Of a stretch of 64,000 bases of DNA, positions 29,372-39,130 are shown in pieces; the first letter of the stretch is position 1, and the number at the start of each line of letters is the position of its first letter. A model generated the notes under the pieces. It made no database searches. It saw only the letters and a list, made by a program, of their open reading frames with translations, and was not told the origin of the DNA. The DNA is taken from the IMG/VR virus record IMGVR_UViG_3300033463_000040, positions 53,319 to 117,318 of that record. The stretch is one strand, 5' to 3'. Position numbers and translations under genes: made by a program. This DNA comes from a virus (taxonomy: Duplodnaviria; Heunggongvirae; Uroviricota; Caudoviricetes).

Positions 29372-30014
29372 TTAATTTTCCTTTTTGTTTAATTGTAAGA
29401 TATTCTTTAGCACCATCTATAAAAACCGATATACCTTTCTTTTTCATATATAGATAACCTTTAAGCATATAATAACTACTCCTACTAAAGGTTCCAAATC
29501 TCATACACCATTTATTTGGTTCATATTCATAAGGATTAAAATTACCGCATGTTACCATTTCTGTAGGATGTCCAGCATGACCTATAACTTGAACACATTC
29601 TTTAAACCATAATGGATCATTTAGTCTATCTTCATGATACCATTGATTTTGGTCATGTTGACCTATATTATCCCAATTACCTTGATGTTTTTCATCAGCC
29701 CATAATTGAGAATTAAAATGTTCAGTAAATAAACCTCTACCATCCATCCAAGCTTTAGCAACTTCTATAGATGATAGTTTTCTCATATCTTGTCTTTTTG
29801 ATTCACTATACCAACAACCAGTATATGGATCAGTTATTATACCATTTTCATCACAGGAACCCAATACACATTCTTTAATTATATCAAAATAATCTTGAAG
29901 AGTCATATTACAAATAGGATTATTAACTTTATTATTAGATTTAATATCTTGAATAATAAGTTTTCTTGCTTCTTTTAATTCGGCAGGTGTAACACCAAAT
30001 TTGTAATTATGCAT
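29358..30014 (-). CDS. hypothetical protein (Cys/His/Trp-rich)
   Basis: ORF; no motif recognised. Confidence 0.45.
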   Translation of the reverse strand: MHNYKFGVTPAELKEARKLIIQDIKSNNKVNNPICNMTLQDYFDIIKECVLGSCDENGIITDPYTGCWYSESKRQDMRKLSSIEVAKAWMDGRGLFTEHFNSQLWADEKHQGNWDNIGQHDQNQWYHEDRLNDPLWFKECVQVIGHAGHPTEMVTCGNFNPYEYEPNKWCMRFGTFSRSSYYMLKGYLYMKKKGISVFIDGAKEYLTIKQKGKLNGKY

Positions 30015-30016
30015 AC

Positions 30017-30616
30017 CTATTTGTCCTCTTTTTTAGTCCTATTATGTATAGCTTGTAATATTCTACCATATTTTAATATACCAACTTCACCATTCATTAA
30101 TAACAAATCTTTTTTATGTTTTAAATTCTTTCTTTCCCAAATCGAATATTGATCACATTCAAATGGTAAACCTAATAAATATCCTAATAAATCTTCGGCT
30201 TTAATCTTAATAATATCAGTTACTTCTGTAGTATTAACGCTAAAACCAATAAATCCTGCTGCAATTTCATATAAATAAATATAAGCATATGCATGATCAT
30301 GCTTAGTTTCTGTATCTGATTTCCAGCTATCTATTTCTATTAATTCTAAATTATTTGTATTTATATTTATACCTATTTCTTCTGCTGTTTCTCTATAAGC
30401 TGTCATTTTAGGATCTTCACCCGCTAATACATGTCCAGAAGCAGTAGTATATAATTTATCTGCATCCGCTCTTACTTGGAAATATACATATCCTTCTCGA
30501 TCATAAAACCATACATGAGAAGTCTTATGCCAAATACCTTCTTTATGTACTACATCTCTATCATAAGGTTGAATAGTATTCAAATCTTTATCACAACAAT
30601 GTAACATTTCTGACAT
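30017..30616 (-). CDS. NUDIX hydrolase
   Basis: Nudix box GHVLAGEDPKMTAYRETAEEIGI. Confidence 0.65.
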   Translation of the reverse strand: MSEMLHCCDKDLNTIQPYDRDVVHKEGIWHKTSHVWFYDREGYVYFQVRADADKLYTTASGHVLAGEDPKMTAYRETAEEIGININTNNLELIEIDSWKSDTETKHDHAYAYIYLYEIAAGFIGFSVNTTEVTDIIKIKAEDLLGYLLGLPFECDQYSIWERKNLKHKKDLLLMNGEVGILKYGRILQAIHNRTKKEDK

Positions 30617-30619
30617 ATA

Positions 30620-31102
30620 TTACTCCTTTTGTAAATAGTCTGTAAACAACTTTCCATTTAAATGATCAGTTTCATGCTGTATAATTCTACTCGTTAACGG
30701 ATCTTTGATTAATTCTTCATGTAAATTGCCATCAACATCTTCCCATTTAACTCTTATCCTTTTATATCTCTCTACTCTTTCATGAATAGGTTTACCATCT
30801 TTTCCTAATACACTTAAACAACCTTCAAATTCATATTGCTTATCAAAAGATGTCCAAATAATTTCAGGGTTAATCATTTCGAAAAAATTTCCTTCTTTAT
30901 TTATATCTTTTACAACAATAACTCTTTTAGATATTCCTACTTGAGGTGCTGCTAAACCCGCACCATCTACACTTTTTACAGTTTGAACCATATCATAAAT
31001 TAAATTTTCAAGAGAAATATCAACCCTATCAGATTCTATTATTGGATCTGCAATTTTACGAAGAATTTCATTATCTTGATTAACTATTTCTCTTATTGCC
31101 AT
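30620..31102 (-). CDS. def: peptide deformylase
   Basis: All three PDF motifs: GAGLAAPQVG, EGCLS, HETDHLNG. Confidence 0.8.
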   Translation of the reverse strand: MAIREIVNQDNEILRKIADPIIESDRVDISLENLIYDMVQTVKSVDGAGLAAPQVGISKRVIVVKDINKEGNFFEMINPEIIWTSFDKQYEFEGCLSVLGKDGKPIHERVERYKRIRVKWEDVDGNLHEELIKDPLTSRIIQHETDHLNGKLFTDYLQKE

Positions 31103-31103
31103 A

Positions 31104-31529
31104 TTAATATCCTTTTAACAAATTCTTTACATAAAGAAGAAAATTTGTTTTATCTAATTGTATATATGCTTCTTTTAAATCTTTTGATAATTCTACTACT
31201 ATTATTGTATATTCTTTTTTTGTACTTGTTATATCCTCTATTTTAATTCCAAAAGGTAAAAGCTTTCTAAGATTATGCATTTCATCACCCCAAATTAAAA
31301 GATTTAATTCATAAAAATCCAATCCTTTAAATGTTACGGTTATATCATATAAATGTCTTGTTAAATGATTTAAAATAACTTCTGTAAAATTATTTTTATT
31401 AACAATTATATATTCTTTACCTAAGCCCCCATTTCGCTTTAAGTCTTTCGGCTTCTTTATCCAATTGTCCGTAGTCAATACTCGTTTGATTTTCTTTTTT
31501 ATCGATTTTATTATTTTTTTGTAATTCAT
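31104..31529 (-). CDS. hypothetical protein
   Basis: ORF; overlaps the next ORF by 113 nt, so the true start is uncertain. Confidence 0.35.
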   Translation of the reverse strand: MNYKKIIKSIKKKIKRVLTTDNWIKKPKDLKRNGGLGKEYIIVNKNNFTEVILNHLTRHLYDITVTFKGLDFYELNLLIWGDEMHNLRKLLPFGIKIEDITSTKKEYTIIVVELSKDLKEAYIQLDKTNFLLYVKNLLKGY

Positions 31530-31782
31530 TGAAAAGGTCCTCCTGCTTCTTTATCATTTCTACTCTATCTCGTAGAAGATTTTCAAGTCCCACCTTAGCA
31601 TCAGCAAGTCTTTGATATGTTCTAAATATCTTGGTTCCAAATTCAATCATATCATCACTTATAATAGAACCTTTCTTTAAAACATATACTTGCTTATCCT
31701 TAACGATGAACCAACCTTTCAAACTATCTGTATACCAGACATCCTCAGAAAGCTGCTTATATTGAAAATTTTTCTTAGGCAT
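31417..31782 (-). CDS. hypothetical protein
   Basis: ORF. Confidence 0.4.
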   Translation of the reverse strand: MPKKNFQYKQLSEDVWYTDSLKGWFIVKDKQVYVLKKGSIISDDMIEFGTKIFRTYQRLADAKVGLENLLRDRVEMIKKQEDLFNELQKNNKIDKKENQTSIDYGQLDKEAERLKAKWGLR

Positions 31783-31849
31783 CTTTTCTCCTTTTTTATA
31801 TTAAAAATATAACATAAAAAAAGAAAAAAGTAAAATTAAAATTTCTAAT

Positions 31850-32179
31850 TTAAATTAAAATTTTTAACAGAGTAAGTTTAGCTTTTAATTCTTTTTCTGT
31901 TTTTTCTTTAAAATGCAAAGTCATTGCCATATATGGTGATATTTGGCTATCAATATTTTCCATAGTAAGATATGTACACACTTTATGATCTTTAACTGTT
32001 TTTAATAAATAGTCAAGTTTATCTTTTACTCCAAATACTTGAATATCAATATTATATTTACCATTACAACTAATACTCATTGTAAGTCTTAATTTTTCAC
32101 AAACAGTATTTAAATAAGTACTAATCTCATCTTCAAACTGTCGTTTCCATATGGTAAATTTTTCACTATTAGTTTGCAT
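31850..32179 (-). CDS. hypothetical protein
   Basis: ORF. Confidence 0.4.
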   Translation of the reverse strand: MQTNSEKFTIWKRQFEDEISTYLNTVCEKLRLTMSISCNGKYNIDIQVFGVKDKLDYLLKTVKDHKVCTYLTMENIDSQISPYMAMTLHFKEKTEKELKAKLTLLKILI

Positions 32180-32182
32180 TAG

Positions 32183-32797
32183 TTATTTCCTAATTTCTAC
32201 TTCAGTACCTACACTAACTAAATCATTAATTTCAAGAATATCTTTTTTAGTCCATACAGTAATACAACCTTGTGAACCTTCTTTTGGTAAACCTTCAATC
32301 CAACTATGAATACCAATCGAATCACCTGGTTTACATCCTAATTCTTTTGCTTTTTTAATATCTTTAGCTTGTGGATAATCCAAGGCTAAAAATTTAACAT
32401 ACTTAGAATTTCTTTTTTCTATAATATGATAAATACCTTCTGGTGTTTTAGAATCACCTTCACAATGCTTTGGTCCTTCATTTTTACCTAAACGAATATT
32501 ATCATATTGTTTAACTATACATCCATTAACATCTAAAAGCTGTAAAGTTTTATCAGATTTATCTACTATAATTTTTCTTACTGTACCTGGATTTTTACAA
32601 CTATCAAATTTATTATTAGAAGTAGTATTTACAGTATTTGTACTATTTATAATTGCTGTATTATAAATATTTCCTGGCATATACATTTTACTTGGTGAAG
32701 TAACCCAATTTTCTGCTTTAGCATTTATAATTCCTGCAACAAAAAATATCGCTGCCCAAAAAATTAATAATAACCATAATATTGTTTTATTTTTCAT
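32183..32797 (-). CDS. secreted L,D-transpeptidase (YkuD/ErfK-like)
   Basis: N-terminal signal peptide; catalytic-type motif SIGIHSW...SQGCITV (H ... (S/T)xGC). Confidence 0.55.
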   Translation of the reverse strand: MKNKTILWLLLIFWAAIFFVAGIINAKAENWVTSPSKMYMPGNIYNTAIINSTNTVNTTSNNKFDSCKNPGTVRKIIVDKSDKTLQLLDVNGCIVKQYDNIRLGKNEGPKHCEGDSKTPEGIYHIIEKRNSKYVKFLALDYPQAKDIKKAKELGCKPGDSIGIHSWIEGLPKEGSQGCITVWTKKDILEINDLVSVGTEVEIRK

Positions 32798-32799
32798 AA

Positions 32800-33276
32800 C
32801 TATATCCTTTTAACTGAATTTATCATTTCATCAGTAGGTATTTGATAATTTTTTATATTAGGTACAAACCATCTTGTTACTTTTAAACCTTGATAAAATA
32901 CTGGATCATCACCAAATAACCCATATTCTTTTACAACCTCTTTACTAGCTCTTTTCCAAAAAGAAAGTGTTAAAATAGTATAATCAATTGTATCTTCTTT
33001 AGAATTTAATAATTGATATATTAATTGTTTAATATCTGTACATGTACTAATATCTAAATAAACCGGAAAAGCCGGAGTACTTGTTTCTTTGGTAATAATA
33101 AAATGCATATCTAACCAATCATTAATTGAAAAACTATATACTTTTTTATCAAATGGATTTTCAAAATTAAATTCTGGATTATTAGCGCATTCATCCATAC
33201 ATTGAAACAACCCACTTGTAGAATTAATCATACAAATGTTCTTAATTAAATCGTTTGGTAACTTTTGCTTTTTCAT
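32800..33276 (-). CDS. hypothetical protein
   Basis: ORF; conserved promoter immediately upstream. Confidence 0.45.
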   Translation of the reverse strand: MKKQKLPNDLIKNICMINSTSGLFQCMDECANNPEFNFENPFDKKVYSFSINDWLDMHFIITKETSTPAFPVYLDISTCTDIKQLIYQLLNSKEDTIDYTILTLSFWKRASKEVVKEYGLFGDDPVFYQGLKVTRWFVPNIKNYQIPTDEMINSVKRI

Positions 33277-33298
33277 TTTTTACCTCTTTTATTATATT

Positions 33299-33328
33299 AT
33301 TATAAACTATTTATTATAATAGTAAAGC
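33299..33328 (-). promoter_or_regulatory. conserved promoter GCTTTAC-N17-TATAAT
   Basis: Directly follows a terminator hairpin. Confidence 0.5.
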
Positions 33329-33356
33329 AATAAAAAAGGCCATCAAAATGACCTTT
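33329..33356 (-). terminator. rho-independent terminator (aaggccat/atgacctt plus T-run)
   Basis: Read directly. Confidence 0.5.
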
Positions 33357-33549
33357 ATTTTATAGTTTTTTCAGTTGCCCATATAAGTATATCTATAGGG
33401 ATTTTATACTCTACATCTAAATTATCTCTATTTATATCACTTTCTTGTAAATTATCATTTGTATAAGGCGTAGGTTTTACTCCAGGTGTCGGTAAACTAC
33501 AGCCTAAACACAAAGAAGTCATTAAAAATAATACTAAAAAGCGTTTCAT
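33355..33549 (-). CDS. small lipoprotein
   Basis: Signal peptide with lipobox LGC (MKRFLVLFLMTSLCLGCS). Confidence 0.5.
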   Translation of the reverse strand: MKRFLVLFLMTSLCLGCSLPTPGVKPTPYTNDNLQESDINRDNLDVEYKIPIDILIWATEKTIK

Positions 33550-33550
33550 T

Positions 33551-34180
33551 TTAATAACCTTGCCAAATTAAATAATATTTATCCCAATCTATATTCTTAT
33601 ACATATGCAACATATTAAACATATCATATTCATATTCCCAAGTATCTATCAATGTTTTATGCTTTAATACTGATTCTTTATCTATTTTTAATGCTTTCAA
33701 ATCATATATTTGATGACGAAAAGCTGATACTAAATTAGGTCTACGGTAACCCATATCTTTATCTTCTAAACATTCTTCATCAGTCATATCAAAAGATCTA
33801 ATCACAGATTCATAATATTTAACAGTATTATTTCTATAAAAATCTGCACAAATCAATAAAGCTTCTGGTTTAACTATACAAAATTCAGTATCTTCATCTG
33901 AATAGTCTCTACAATCTTCTTTTATTTTTTGTGCAACATCATAATCAAAATATTTACCACATTCTACTATTTCTTCTGGTTTTAAATAATTTCTAAGTGC
34001 ATAGGTATTTACTACATCATCTTTTAAATACTTAGCAACTATTTCTTCTTCATCACTACAACCAGACCATTCTTCTCTTACTTGCTTTGCAGTAAGTTTC
34101 ATTTGTTCTTCGTGAGATAAATTCAAAATTTTATCAGCTTCTTCTTTTTCTATAACAGCAAAATAATTTCTATATCCCAT
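33551..34180 (-). CDS. hypothetical protein
   Basis: ORF. Confidence 0.4.
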   Translation of the reverse strand: MGYRNYFAVIEKEEADKILNLSHEEQMKLTAKQVREEWSGCSDEEEIVAKYLKDDVVNTYALRNYLKPEEIVECGKYFDYDVAQKIKEDCRDYSDEDTEFCIVKPEALLICADFYRNNTVKYYESVIRSFDMTDEECLEDKDMGYRRPNLVSAFRHQIYDLKALKIDKESVLKHKTLIDTWEYEYDMFNMLHMYKNIDWDKYYLIWQGY

Positions 34181-34573
34181 TTATTTCTCCTTTACTTCTT
34201 TATAACTATTTGTTTTATAATCCCATTCCCGCATATCAAAATAATTAAATATATAAAACAAACCAAGCAGGGCAATCTCAAATGTCAAACCATGATGACC
34301 AATTGGTTTTGGTATATCTATTTCAATGCCTGTATGACAACTATCACTTAAAGATAATTGCTGTAAATATCTTTTGTTATTTTTTACTTTTGAATTATAA
34401 TCTATAAAATCTATCTGCCTAAACTTATATAACGTAATCGGTAAATAAAATGAAAAATTAAATCCTAAATCAAAAATTTTCAAAGATATACTAATATACC
34501 TGTATGAAAAAACAAATTGAAAATAAAGAATATTATCTATTTTATTCCACCAATTTTGTAAAAACTTTTTCAT
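34181..34573 (-). CDS. hypothetical membrane protein
   Basis: ORF with hydrophobic segments. Confidence 0.35.
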   Translation of the reverse strand: MKKFLQNWWNKIDNILYFQFVFSYRYISISLKIFDLGFNFSFYLPITLYKFRQIDFIDYNSKVKNNKRYLQQLSLSDSCHTGIEIDIPKPIGHHGLTFEIALLGLFYIFNYFDMREWDYKTNSYKEVKEK

Positions 34574-34610
34574 TTTATTACTCCGAAGTTATTCTATGTA
34601 TTCCAATTTT

Positions 34611-34841
34611 TTATTTTCCTTTTATTAAATCTAAAGCTTCTTTTTCTGTAGTAAAACATAAATAATCATTATATAATAAATAGTTATCAAGTGCCTTTTC
34701 TAATTTTTCACCTTCTAATTTTATTACAGACCATTTTCCTCTTTTATTCCCGATATTTAAACCCGGCTGTGCATAATATATCGGTTGTAAAGATAAAACC
34801 TTCTTTTTAGTTAAATATTTAATATCTTTTAAACAAGTCAT
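34611..34841 (-). CDS. hypothetical protein
   Basis: ORF. Confidence 0.35.
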   Translation of the reverse strand: MTCLKDIKYLTKKKVLSLQPIYYAQPGLNIGNKRGKWSVIKLEGEKLEKALDNYLLYNDYLCFTTEKEALDLIKGK

Positions 34842-34843
34842 TA

Positions 34844-35227
34844 CTATATCTCTACTATTTCTGTATCACAATATTCATTAGCAATAATTTCTACCATTTC
34901 TTTTTCTGGCCAAGTCATAGCTTCTTCTATTTTATCTGTCCACCAATAATCTGTTGAGCCCGGACCTTCTACTTTCATTGGATAAAGCTTTGAGCCTAAA
35001 CTCATAGCACTAAAAGTATATCTTTTTTCTGGAGCTTGATTAGCTAAACTTAATATCTCTTCTATATATTGCCATTTTTGTACATCTTCTGCTTTCCAAT
35101 CACCAAATCTATCACTATGCTTATAATAAAATCCAAGATAAGGTAACGAACTACCTCCAGCATAAAACAATATCTGTTTACTTTCATCTGGTTCTACTGG
35201 ATCTGTTCCTTTATACCATCTAATCAT
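34844..35227 (-). CDS. hypothetical protein
   Basis: ORF. Confidence 0.4.
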   Translation of the reverse strand: MIRWYKGTDPVEPDESKQILFYAGGSSLPYLGFYYKHSDRFGDWKAEDVQKWQYIEEILSLANQAPEKRYTFSAMSLGSKLYPMKVEGPGSTDYWWTDKIEEAMTWPEKEMVEIIANEYCDTEIVEI

Positions 35228-35428
35228 TTAATCCTCCTTATATACTCTTTTATATAATGGATTATAATATAATAAATTTGCTATCTCAGACCAAGAAGAA
35301 TCTTTAGGACAATATTCTGGATCTATTTGTTGCATTAAGACTGTACCATATATACTTGGATAATATACATATTTTCCTTGTATAAGTAATTTTAGTGCTT
35401 CTTCTAAATCTATAACTTCATATTCCAT
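35228..35428 (-). CDS. hypothetical protein
   Basis: ORF. Confidence 0.35.
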   Translation of the reverse strand: MEYEVIDLEEALKLLIQGKYVYYPSIYGTVLMQQIDPEYCPKDSSWSEIANLLYYNPLYKRVYKED

Positions 35429-36012
35429 TAATCATTACTCCTTGTTTTTCTCCAAAGTTTAGGCTCTTTAAATCCACCATAACCACTCCACCATAAACCT
35501 TTTTCATACTTCTGTGCTTCTTCCATTGCTTCTTTGAACGGTTTACATTCTTTTCCACCATTATACCACCAAGCATAACCTTCTGTAACCATTCTATAAT
35601 TTAAAGTACCTTCATAATCCCATTCTATATTCCAATAATATTCTTGACACATACCAAGAATTCTACCATATACATCTCTTTTGGTATATTCACAGACAAT
35701 TTCTTTATTTCTAACTGTTTCTAACAATACTTTTTTAGCATAAAATCCACAATCTGTTTCATTATCTAAACAATATTGAATTTTACCACGATATGAACTT
35801 TCTGGAGTATCAATACATTGTAAACGAATTTTTTCGCCTTGTATTTCTATAGTATCACCATCAATAACTTTTGCTTTACCCTTTATAGTATCAGCAAATA
35901 CATCTGGAGACCAAATTAATAATATAGTATAAACAAATATAAATGCAATTAAAATAGTTTGACAAATTTGTGCTATTTTGTGAAACATTTTTACTCCTTT
36001 TTGTTTATTCAT
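35428..36012 (-). CDS. membrane-anchored thermonuclease (staphylococcal-nuclease-like)
   Basis: N-terminal TM helix; VIDGDTIEI...IRLQCIDTPE motif. Confidence 0.55.
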   Translation of the reverse strand: MNKQKGVKMFHKIAQICQTILIAFIFVYTILLIWSPDVFADTIKGKAKVIDGDTIEIQGEKIRLQCIDTPESSYRGKIQYCLDNETDCGFYAKKVLLETVRNKEIVCEYTKRDVYGRILGMCQEYYWNIEWDYEGTLNYRMVTEGYAWWYNGGKECKPFKEAMEEAQKYEKGLWWSGYGGFKEPKLWRKTRSND

Positions 36013-36243
36013 TTATTTACCTCTATAATTTATTGTATCATTTCTTACTTTATTAATACTATCCATATACATTTCATGCTGGACTTTTTGTTCTTCATAT
36101 TTCATATTCATCATTTTACAACCCTTAACCGCTATAACAGCTAGAGCTGATAAAATAATTACTGATAAACATCCATTCAAAGGAATAGAAAATAAAGTTT
36201 TAGAAGATTGTTGTGGTTGTTTATTATCTTGATTCTCTTTCAT
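36013..36243 (-). CDS. small membrane protein
   Basis: ORF with one TM helix. Confidence 0.35.
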   Translation of the reverse strand: MKENQDNKQPQQSSKTLFSIPLNGCLSVIILSALAVIAVKGCKMMNMKYEEQKVQHEMYMDSINKVRNDTINYRGK

Positions 36244-36598
36244 TGTGAAATCCCATGCCTTTTAATAACCATTTTTTATATTTTGAATATTGAATTGCTT
36301 TACCTTCCGGTGAAGATTTGTTTACAAAATGCCTACACCAACCACAATAACTTACTGATAACGGGCCATCTCTTAAAATCTTAAACCAGCTACCATCAGC
36401 GCATGCATTATAATTACCTACCCAACCATAATGAGCACAATTACTACATTGTTCTGTTTCATTTAGTCTTTGTACGCATTCTTCATGGCTTATACTAAGA
36501 TTAGCACAAGCTATTGCACTGTTTATAGACGCAGCTAAGTTATCACTAATATATCCATTTTGACCTTTTGGCTTTGAAGGTATATATTCCATATTCAT
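36224..36598 (-). CDS. Cys-rich hypothetical protein
   Basis: ORF; several CxxC pairs. Confidence 0.4.
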   Translation of the reverse strand: MNMEYIPSKPKGQNGYISDNLAASINSAIACANLSISHEECVQRLNETEQCSNCAHYGWVGNYNACADGSWFKILRDGPLSVSYCGWCRHFVNKSSPEGKAIQYSKYKKWLLKGMGFHNERESR

Positions 36599-36613
36599 TT
36601 TATTTTCCTTTAA

Positions 36614-36781
36614 TTACTTCTTATACAAGAACTTTTTCAGTCTTTCAGCATTTGTTATGGTTTTATTAAATTCTTGTTGACATTTTTTACAATAATATAT
36701 ATATTCTTTATCTAATATATATTGTTTTGGATGCCTATATAAAGATTCTCCACAATATGGGCAAGTAATTTTTTCTACCAT
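36614..36781 (-). CDS. small zinc-ribbon protein (55 aa, not in the supplied ORF track)
   Basis: MVEKITCPYCGESLYRHPKQYILDKEYIYYCKKCQQEF...; two CxxC pairs. Confidence 0.4.
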   Translation of the reverse strand: MVEKITCPYCGESLYRHPKQYILDKEYIYYCKKCQQEFNKTITNAERLKKFLYKK

Positions 36782-36792
36782 ACTTTTCTCCT

Positions 36793-38994
36793 TTAATCCT
36801 TATTATAATAACTGTTTTTAATATCAATAATGGATAATGTATCTAAATCAATACCACCATTTTTAATACCTGTCATAAAACTAAACAAATCATTCATCAA
36901 ATTTGTTTGTTCAGACTTTACATTTTTAGCGGCAAAATATTTATCATTATCACCTTTATTAATATATTCTTTCATTCTACGCATGTCTTTCCAGAATTTA
37001 TAGAAAGGTGTTTTATATTTAATCATAAAATTATTCTGATCTACAAATACAAAACCTTCTATTTCTTCATGAAAATCTTTATCAAATGCTTCAATAAAAG
37101 ATTTTAATTCAGCAAAGGTATTAAATACTTTACACATTTCTTTTGGTTTACATCCTATTTGTTTAGCTAATTCCCATACATCATCATAAGATTTAAATGT
37201 ATCTGTAAAATCATTCTGTACTATATCTAATAATACAACTTTTTCATTGACATATTCAATAATATGCGGATCATTATGTGGATCTACACATTCAAATATA
37301 GCGGAACAATTATTAGCTTTTAAATATTCTTTTAATTTATCAATATTTGTATGTGTTTTTAATATACGCTCAAAGTTTTCTTTATATTCGCCTTGATTTG
37401 TAGATTTAGATGCAATAAATAATTGATCATTATATACAGATACAATACCTAAAAAGCCATTTTCTTTCAAATAAGCAGTTACTGGAAATACTAATGTCTT
37501 TTCTAAATTTCTCCATTGTGTAGATGGATGCTGTTCTGCTTCAAAAAATTTAGGATAAGATCTAGCAACTACTTGATTTGTCTTAGTATCAACAAATAAG
37601 CCTCTCGCTGTAGTAGTTAATTTATTCCATTTTTGGCTATAAAAAGCTTCTCTACTAAAGTTATAAGAAACTATACCATCACCCAAATCTTTTTTATGTA
37701 TTAAACTACTACTATCCAATTGTTGAATAATTGGATTATCATGTCTACTAGAAGGAATTTGTATATCTTTGTTATAAATTGTATTTGGTATTTCTATTGG
37801 TAATATATTCATTTTGTCTGTATAAGATAATTCAACTATTCTTAAATTACCACCAAATTCAACTTTACCTTCTAAGTTAATACTATAGCCGTCTGCACTT
37901 ATAATTGGATTATTAGTTACATTACGATGACCATGTACATTATAGCATTTGTAGTTTAATACTTGCATAGTCATTTTTTCATTAATACTACCAAAAGCTT
38001 TTTCTACTTCATCTAAATCATCATAATCACCTACTCCTTTAATACATTGTATTGCAGAAGTACGATAATCTAAAGGAAAGCTTAATCCACCATGAGTAAT
38101 AGAAAATCTATGATAAATACCCTGACAGTAAAAACTAACATTTACTGCTACTTTTAATCTTCTAGTAAACTTACTTAATTGATCTTTTAATTCACCAAAC
38201 TGTACTAAAGAATCTTTGAAATCTGGTGTCATTTTAGCAGCTTCACCATCTCTTACATAATTCTTAGCCCATATTTCATGATTACCTTGTAAAAATACAA
38301 AGTTTTCTTTTTCACAGTGGTCTAAACAAAACTGTAATACTTCTTTAGCTTGAATACCACGATCAAAATAATCACCAATAAAGATGTATAATTTTTGATC
38401 AGATTCTGGAGATGCTTCAAAGTATTTTCTTATTGGATCATAACAATTATGTATATCACCAAATATTACTACTTCTTTCCATTTATTACCATCTATTTTA
38501 TATACAAAATTATCTAAATTAGGAAATTCATTATAATCATAAATTTCATATTTATTTTGTAATGGTACTTTTATTTGATTATACATACGATCTAATACTT
38601 CATTTGGTACTTGTTTATAACTTTCCCGCATTAAATTTCTTTCTTTACAAGTATCTAAATCAACAGAAGAAAAATCTACAATAATCATACGATAATTATA
38701 TTCTTTACACAATTTTTTATAATCTTTTAAATAAGATTCTTTGGTATGTGTAGCATCTAATATAGTAAAATCACCATTCTTCATACGATCTTCTAATCTT
38801 TCTTTAAAGAAAGCCCAAACATGTTTATCATGTTTATTAGAAACAATATATTTACCTTTTATAGTTTGTTCTGGAGAAGAGTATAATAAACGAATAGCAT
38901 CGGTACTTAAAACGTATGCTTCTAAATCTCTTTCTTTAATCCAAGTAGATTTACCAGAACCTGGAATACCTCTTAAAACTAACAAGATCTTCAT
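36793..38994 (-). CDS. trifunctional RNA repair enzyme, Pnkp-like (kinase, metallophosphatase, ligase-like)
   Basis: N-terminal P-loop GIPGSGKST; central calcineurin-like motifs GDIHNCYD, GDYFDRG, GNHE; C-terminal third with ligase-like KENG. Confidence 0.55.
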   Translation of the reverse strand: MKILLVLRGIPGSGKSTWIKERDLEAYVLSTDAIRLLYSSPEQTIKGKYIVSNKHDKHVWAFFKERLEDRMKNGDFTILDATHTKESYLKDYKKLCKEYNYRMIIVDFSSVDLDTCKERNLMRESYKQVPNEVLDRMYNQIKVPLQNKYEIYDYNEFPNLDNFVYKIDGNKWKEVVIFGDIHNCYDPIRKYFEASPESDQKLYIFIGDYFDRGIQAKEVLQFCLDHCEKENFVFLQGNHEIWAKNYVRDGEAAKMTPDFKDSLVQFGELKDQLSKFTRRLKVAVNVSFYCQGIYHRFSITHGGLSFPLDYRTSAIQCIKGVGDYDDLDEVEKAFGSINEKMTMQVLNYKCYNVHGHRNVTNNPIISADGYSINLEGKVEFGGNLRIVELSYTDKMNILPIEIPNTIYNKDIQIPSSRHDNPIIQQLDSSSLIHKKDLGDGIVSYNFSREAFYSQKWNKLTTTARGLFVDTKTNQVVARSYPKFFEAEQHPSTQWRNLEKTLVFPVTAYLKENGFLGIVSVYNDQLFIASKSTNQGEYKENFERILKTHTNIDKLKEYLKANNCSAIFECVDPHNDPHIIEYVNEKVVLLDIVQNDFTDTFKSYDDVWELAKQIGCKPKEMCKVFNTFAELKSFIEAFDKDFHEEIEGFVFVDQNNFMIKYKTPFYKFWKDMRRMKEYINKGDNDKYFAAKNVKSEQTNLMNDLFSFMTGIKNGGIDLDTLSIIDIKNSYYNKD

Positions 38995-39041
38995 TTATTA
39001 CCTCTTTATATTTATATTATATAATTTTTTATAATAATTGT

Positions 39042-39078
39042 AAAACAAAAAATCACCAAATATAAAATCTGGTGATTT
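39042..39078 (-). terminator. rho-independent terminator (aatcacca/tggtgatt plus TTTTTTGTTTT) in the Pnkp leader
   Basis: Read directly; lies between the promoter at 39131-39167 and the Pnkp start. Confidence 0.5.
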
Positions 39079-39130
39079 AGAGTGTATTCAGAGTTTAAAA
39101 AATGTATAAAAACATGAAGTTTTTTAATAC

